Assembly (NCBI GenBank): GCA_963807605.1
Contig: CAWECG010000004.1
Location: 224,001-288,000, forward strand
Reading direction: 5' to 3'
DNA from: Candidatus Bathyarchaeota archaeon
GTDB taxonomy: Archaea; Thermoproteota; Bathyarchaeia; 40CM-2-53-6; RBG-13-38-9
Length of the DNA stretch: 64,000 nt
Shown here in pieces: positions 60,478 to 64,000 of this stretch. The notes under the pieces were generated by a model. That model was not told where the DNA came from, searched no databases, and was given only the letters and a program-made list of their open reading frames with translations. Made by a program: the position numbers and the translations under genes. How positions within the stretch are numbered: the first letter of the stretch is position 1; each line of letters begins with the position of its first letter.

Positions 60478-62610
60478 TTACAATCTTCTTTTACCGATCT
60501 TGGGTGAAAAACAAAGCAATGTCAGTACTATTAGGGCTGTCAGCGAAAGATAGAGGTAGGGATTGTCCGGGTTACTGTGGAGAATTACGATTCTCGTAGG
60601 CGCAGATTCAATTGGAATGAGCATCAGTCTGTCTTGCTTGGTTGCCTGAATACTTGTTCTTTCACCGTCAATGTATGCAGTCCATCCAGAGTGGTAAGCT
60701 TCCCTCACGATCAATTTCGCATTTCTCAATTGACTATCGATGTCAATGATGATCTTGTCAGGTGTGGGTCTATCATACCTGACTCGGATTTCTTCGTGTG
60801 TGTCCAAGAGCTGAATCGGCGAATTCCCAATTGTATTTTCAAGTACTGTTAGGTTGTCTCCGCCATATACTAAAGAAAAGTCCTGTCTAAAAGTTGAATT
60901 GCATAGATGGTTGATAAGGGTCGAGTTTGAGTTGCCAATCAGTACCCATCGAATTCCAAGTTCTTGATTTTTCTCGATAATTCTTTCCCATGTTTGAGTT
61001 CTATTGTTTGTGTTTTCCAAATCGTCTATTCTGTAGTCGTTTATGTTTAGTAGGAAAGGCAGTAACTTCTCTTGGGGATACCAGCCATCTATCAACGGCT
61101 TTCCCGAATAGCTAGGGAGTAGATACACCCAAAACGGGCACCTTACAGGGAGGATTCTTCCAAAGCCCTCTTTTGATTTGAGATAAGACAAGAGTTGTTG
61201 TGGGATTTCCGAATTCTGTGTCGTGTAGGGAAGATTCGGGTTTACATTCTGAGTCAACGAGTACGCAGCCTTCACGCCAGCTCCAACAATAATGAGCGCC
61301 AGAATCATGACCATTGCTATAAGAGATGTCTTCTTGGCTGAGGGTCGGGCTATTCTTACTAATGCCTTTCCAGCGAGGAGCGCGGCAGGAATTGAAAGGT
61401 ATAACCAAAACCTATGAATATCAAGGCTCCTCCATACCAACTGAAACAAAGGAAAATTTGCCAAAGGCACAGCGTAATATCCCAAGCCAAGCCAAAAGAA
61501 GACTGTAAACCAAAGGACTAGGAAGAGCCCCGTGGGGTCGGTGTGCTTGATTTTCTTTGAAACGTATAGTGCCAAACCGAAGATGGAAATGAGCCCCAAA
61601 ATAACAAGGGCTTGTCCAATAACCTGCCAAATTTCACTAATAGCCCCACCGAACTCGAATACTCCCATGCCGAGGAAGATTGAAATGATAGGCAAGATCG
61701 TTGGGGTCGATGTGTGATAGCCCTTCGAGAACCATATGCCAATGGCAACCATGGCCAAGATGAAGTGGATCATCCCTTGCTCAACAGTCAGATAATTGTT
61801 CAACGCATAGCTGAGTCTTATGAATGGAAATTGGACGTCCCTATTGTAGAACGGATTCTCTAAGATTTGGGCGGAAGCCTGGATGAAGTTGAGCAGCCAA
61901 GGACTCGATATTGCAACCGCGCCAACAATTACCGCAAGGAAAAGAGGGAGGGTTTCCTTGAGTTTCTTGAATGAGTTTGTAAACGAGAATAAGGCTAACG
62001 TTATGATGATCAAAGCAAGAAATGCTGAAAGGTGATGGATGAGAATCAATATCGCAAGCAGAACAGTCGAGATAACAAATGTTTGTATCACCTTTTTACC
62101 CTGTAACATCCTTGAAAAGGCCGTTAGGAAAAGACACGCAATTGGCAATGCCACTACATTCGGGAACCTATCGTAGAACAGATAGTTACCTACAACCGTA
62201 GGTGTCAATACGAATAGTAAAGAACCAACTGCGGCCTCCTTAACGCCCAAGTTGAGCTCCCGGCCTAAAAGATAGACTGAGAGAGGAGCCAACACGAAGA
62301 AAGTACTGTCCACGAGTTTGTAAGCTGCCACCGCGTCTATTCCCGCATAGGTGACTGCAAATGTTAGGAAATAGCTCAACGGTGAGTATAACAGAAGAAA
62401 GGGGGATCCGCCGTACCAGTCTGGATACCAAGATGGGATGTAACCCAGTTTGGTGCACCATTGAGACATGAATAAGATCTTACTGAGATGGCTAGTCGAG
62501 TCAACTCCTTCCGGTATCCCTGGGGCCAATCGCGGAATGGATATGACTATGCTTGCTACAATTGCTGTTAGGAGGTAGGCAGAATCACGTCCAAATATTC
62601 TTCTTTCCAT
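60478..62610 (-). CDS. PTPS-related / YfhO-like GT-C membrane protein
   Basis: GVDSTSHLSK, WYPDWYGG.PF...YSPL and C-terminal EAYHSGWTAYIDG. Confidence 0.72.
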   Translation of the reverse strand: MERRIFGRDSAYLLTAIVASIVISIPRLAPGIPEGVDSTSHLSKILFMSQWCTKLGYIPSWYPDWYGGSPFLLLYSPLSYFLTFAVTYAGIDAVAAYKLVDSTFFVLAPLSVYLLGRELNLGVKEAAVGSLLFVLTPTVVGNYLFYDRFPNVVALPIACLFLTAFSRMLQGKKVIQTFVISTVLLAILILIHHLSAFLALIIITLALFSFTNSFKKLKETLPLFLAVIVGAVAISSPWLLNFIQASAQILENPFYNRDVQFPFIRLSYALNNYLTVEQGMIHFILAMVAIGIWFSKGYHTSTPTILPIISIFLGMGVFEFGGAISEIWQVIGQALVILGLISIFGLALYVSKKIKHTDPTGLFLVLWFTVFFWLGLGYYAVPLANFPLFQLVWRSLDIHRFWLYLSIPAALLAGKALVRIARPSAKKTSLIAMVMILALIIVGAGVKAAYSLTQNVNPNLPYTTQNSEIPQQLLSYLKSKEGFGRILPVRCPFWVYLLPSYSGKPLIDGWYPQEKLLPFLLNINDYRIDDLENTNNRTQTWERIIEKNQELGIRWVLIGNSNSTLINHLCNSTFRQDFSLVYGGDNLTVLENTIGNSPIQLLDTHEEIRVRYDRPTPDKIIIDIDSQLRNAKLIVREAYHSGWTAYIDGERTSIQATKQDRLMLIPIESAPTRIVILHSNPDNPYLYLSLTALIVLTLLCFSPKIGKRRL

Positions 62611-62639
62611 CTACCGGTATTCTCCACACTCAAGCCTCT

Positions 62640-63527
62640 CTAAATATCCGAGGCGGAGGGTCGACGCCGAAGAGAAACTCTCCTGAAAATCATGGCAGTT
62701 ATGAGCAAGATTGAAGCGACCAGCGCCGACAACCTACCGTCGAACTCTGGAATGACTAGGTTGCTATCCATATCAGACGCCGATTGAATGGCATAGGGTC
62801 CATATTTGCCCATAGAGTTCTTGTCAAATGCTACTGCTATGACAGCAAGGTTTGCAGTCTCGTTGCCTAGTGGAATTGACCAGTTTCCGGATATGACTTG
62901 ATAAGAGTTAGGTCTTAAGAAGACTCCCTGCCTTATTATTTGGGCCTTATAGATCCAATTCCATTGTACCCCATCAATAGTAATCCCATTCTCCACAACA
63001 TAGGCAACTACCTCGCCGTCGAAGGGGTAACCATTTCGTTCGGCTAGAGCAACCTGTGCATTCAAGACGTTTCCATTAATTGCTTTAGTTACGGTCAGCT
63101 CCACTAAGTGAACACTTCTTGAGGCCACGGACGCTATCTCCGAGCCATTGATTATTGCGCCGCTGGTTCTGGTGTAGCCACCATCATACACATGAGAGGG
63201 CACGAAGTTCAACCCAAGTTCGGTTGCTCTTTCAACCGCGTCTGTCGTAGTCCAATTGTCCTGGAGGTGGAAAACTATGAAATGAGCGATGTAACTGCTA
63301 TTCGTTGACAGCCCCTGAATCATTTGTTGTTCCTGTCTGCAAGGTTCACACCATGTGCTACTGAAGATCTCAACGAACACCGAGTGGGTAAATGCTTGTG
63401 ATTTCACAGAGGGCATCCAGGAAGTCTGAGCTAGCATCACGACAAGTAAAATGAACAGCGCCTCACAGATCCGAAAGTAGGGGGGCTTCTTGGATACCGA
63501 GAGAATTGAGGCTCGCATCGATGTCAT
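62640..63527 (-). CDS. Secreted thioredoxin-like (Omp28-like) protein with a PEF-CTERM-type sorting signal
   Basis: VEIFSSTWCEPC, VPSHVYDG and C-terminal VIPEF-TM-RR. Confidence 0.75.
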   Translation of the reverse strand: MTSMRASILSVSKKPPYFRICEALFILLVVMLAQTSWMPSVKSQAFTHSVFVEIFSSTWCEPCRQEQQMIQGLSTNSSYIAHFIVFHLQDNWTTTDAVERATELGLNFVPSHVYDGGYTRTSGAIINGSEIASVASRSVHLVELTVTKAINGNVLNAQVALAERNGYPFDGEVVAYVVENGITIDGVQWNWIYKAQIIRQGVFLRPNSYQVISGNWSIPLGNETANLAVIAVAFDKNSMGKYGPYAIQSASDMDSNLVIPEFDGRLSALVASILLITAMIFRRVSLRRRPSASDI

Positions 63528-63692
63528 TCCATGATTCTGCGTATTCCGGCATCGAAACGCAATTCGGTCGACAACATTTTCAGGAGCTGTTAGAACGGTC
63601 TCACTATAAAAACATCTCCGGCGACCTCATATCTAAGGTCTAAGCAGCTGTAGTTCAATGGACAATAAGGCGCGGACGTAAGGTCAAGACGA

Positions 63693-64000
63693 ATGATAGA
63701 TGAGAAGACAACGAGCTCTCTTACAGAACTGGTGTCCAGAGTGACTGGGGACCATTTCCTAGTTGCAGCGCTGACCTACGGCTCAAGGGTAGCCGGTTAT
63801 GCAAGAAAGGACAGCCTCTATGACTGCATAGCAGTGTGCGATTATCCCGGTGGCACGAGATACTATAATGAAAAGCTCGAAGATAAGGAACTGGCTATTT
63901 TAGAGATAGATAATGAGCTTTTCCAGCTTGATGTCAAGAAAGGTGCCTTAGGGGAATTTATTGCGGGCAGAATGCTTTTCCCGTATGTCGCTTTGAAGGG
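63693..64000 (+). CDS. Nucleotidyltransferase-domain protein (partial, runs off window)
   Basis: MIDEK...YGSRVAGYARKDSLYDC...GEFIAGRMLFPY. Confidence 0.65.
   Translation, partial: MIDEKTTSSLTELVSRVTGDHFLVAALTYGSRVAGYARKDSLYDCIAVCDYPGGTRYYNEKLEDKELAILEIDNELFQLDVKKGALGEFIAGRMLFPYVALK

Overview
Archaeal chromosome segment. The gene set (gins23-mcm-hel308, rfcS/L, class I CCA enzyme, KaiC-like ATPases, complex I-like hydrogenase, PEF-CTERM protein) suggests TACK, probably Bathyarchaeia; this is an inference. Bases 1-42.5 kb are mostly core genes: a tRNA-Pro(GGG), purB, replication genes, NfnAB plus an FMN glutamate-synthase-family gene, a tRNA-processing cluster, guaA, a 12-gene group 4 [NiFe]-hydrogenase in complex I gene order followed by a maturation protease, and a MocA/YqeB/MoeA-like trio. 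Two signals stand out. (1) At 42.5-51.4 kb there is a tandem array of about 4 kb cargo-carrying IS6-family transposons. Two are complete, each with its own matched terminal inverted repeats, a central SWIM-Zn-DDE transposase and a divergent RHH gene, and a third is truncated. All are separated by the identical 8-bp sequence CTATTTCT, which points to repeated insertion at one site. (2) The tRNA-Pro gene at 105-246 appears to carry four BHB-type introns. Bases 51.4-64 kb hold a surface/glycosylation cluster that includes a membrane-anchored receptor-like KaiC ATPase. Several core genes are interrupted by single-base frameshifts or in-frame stops, probably sequencing or assembly errors. All calls come from reading motifs by eye; no database searches were run.
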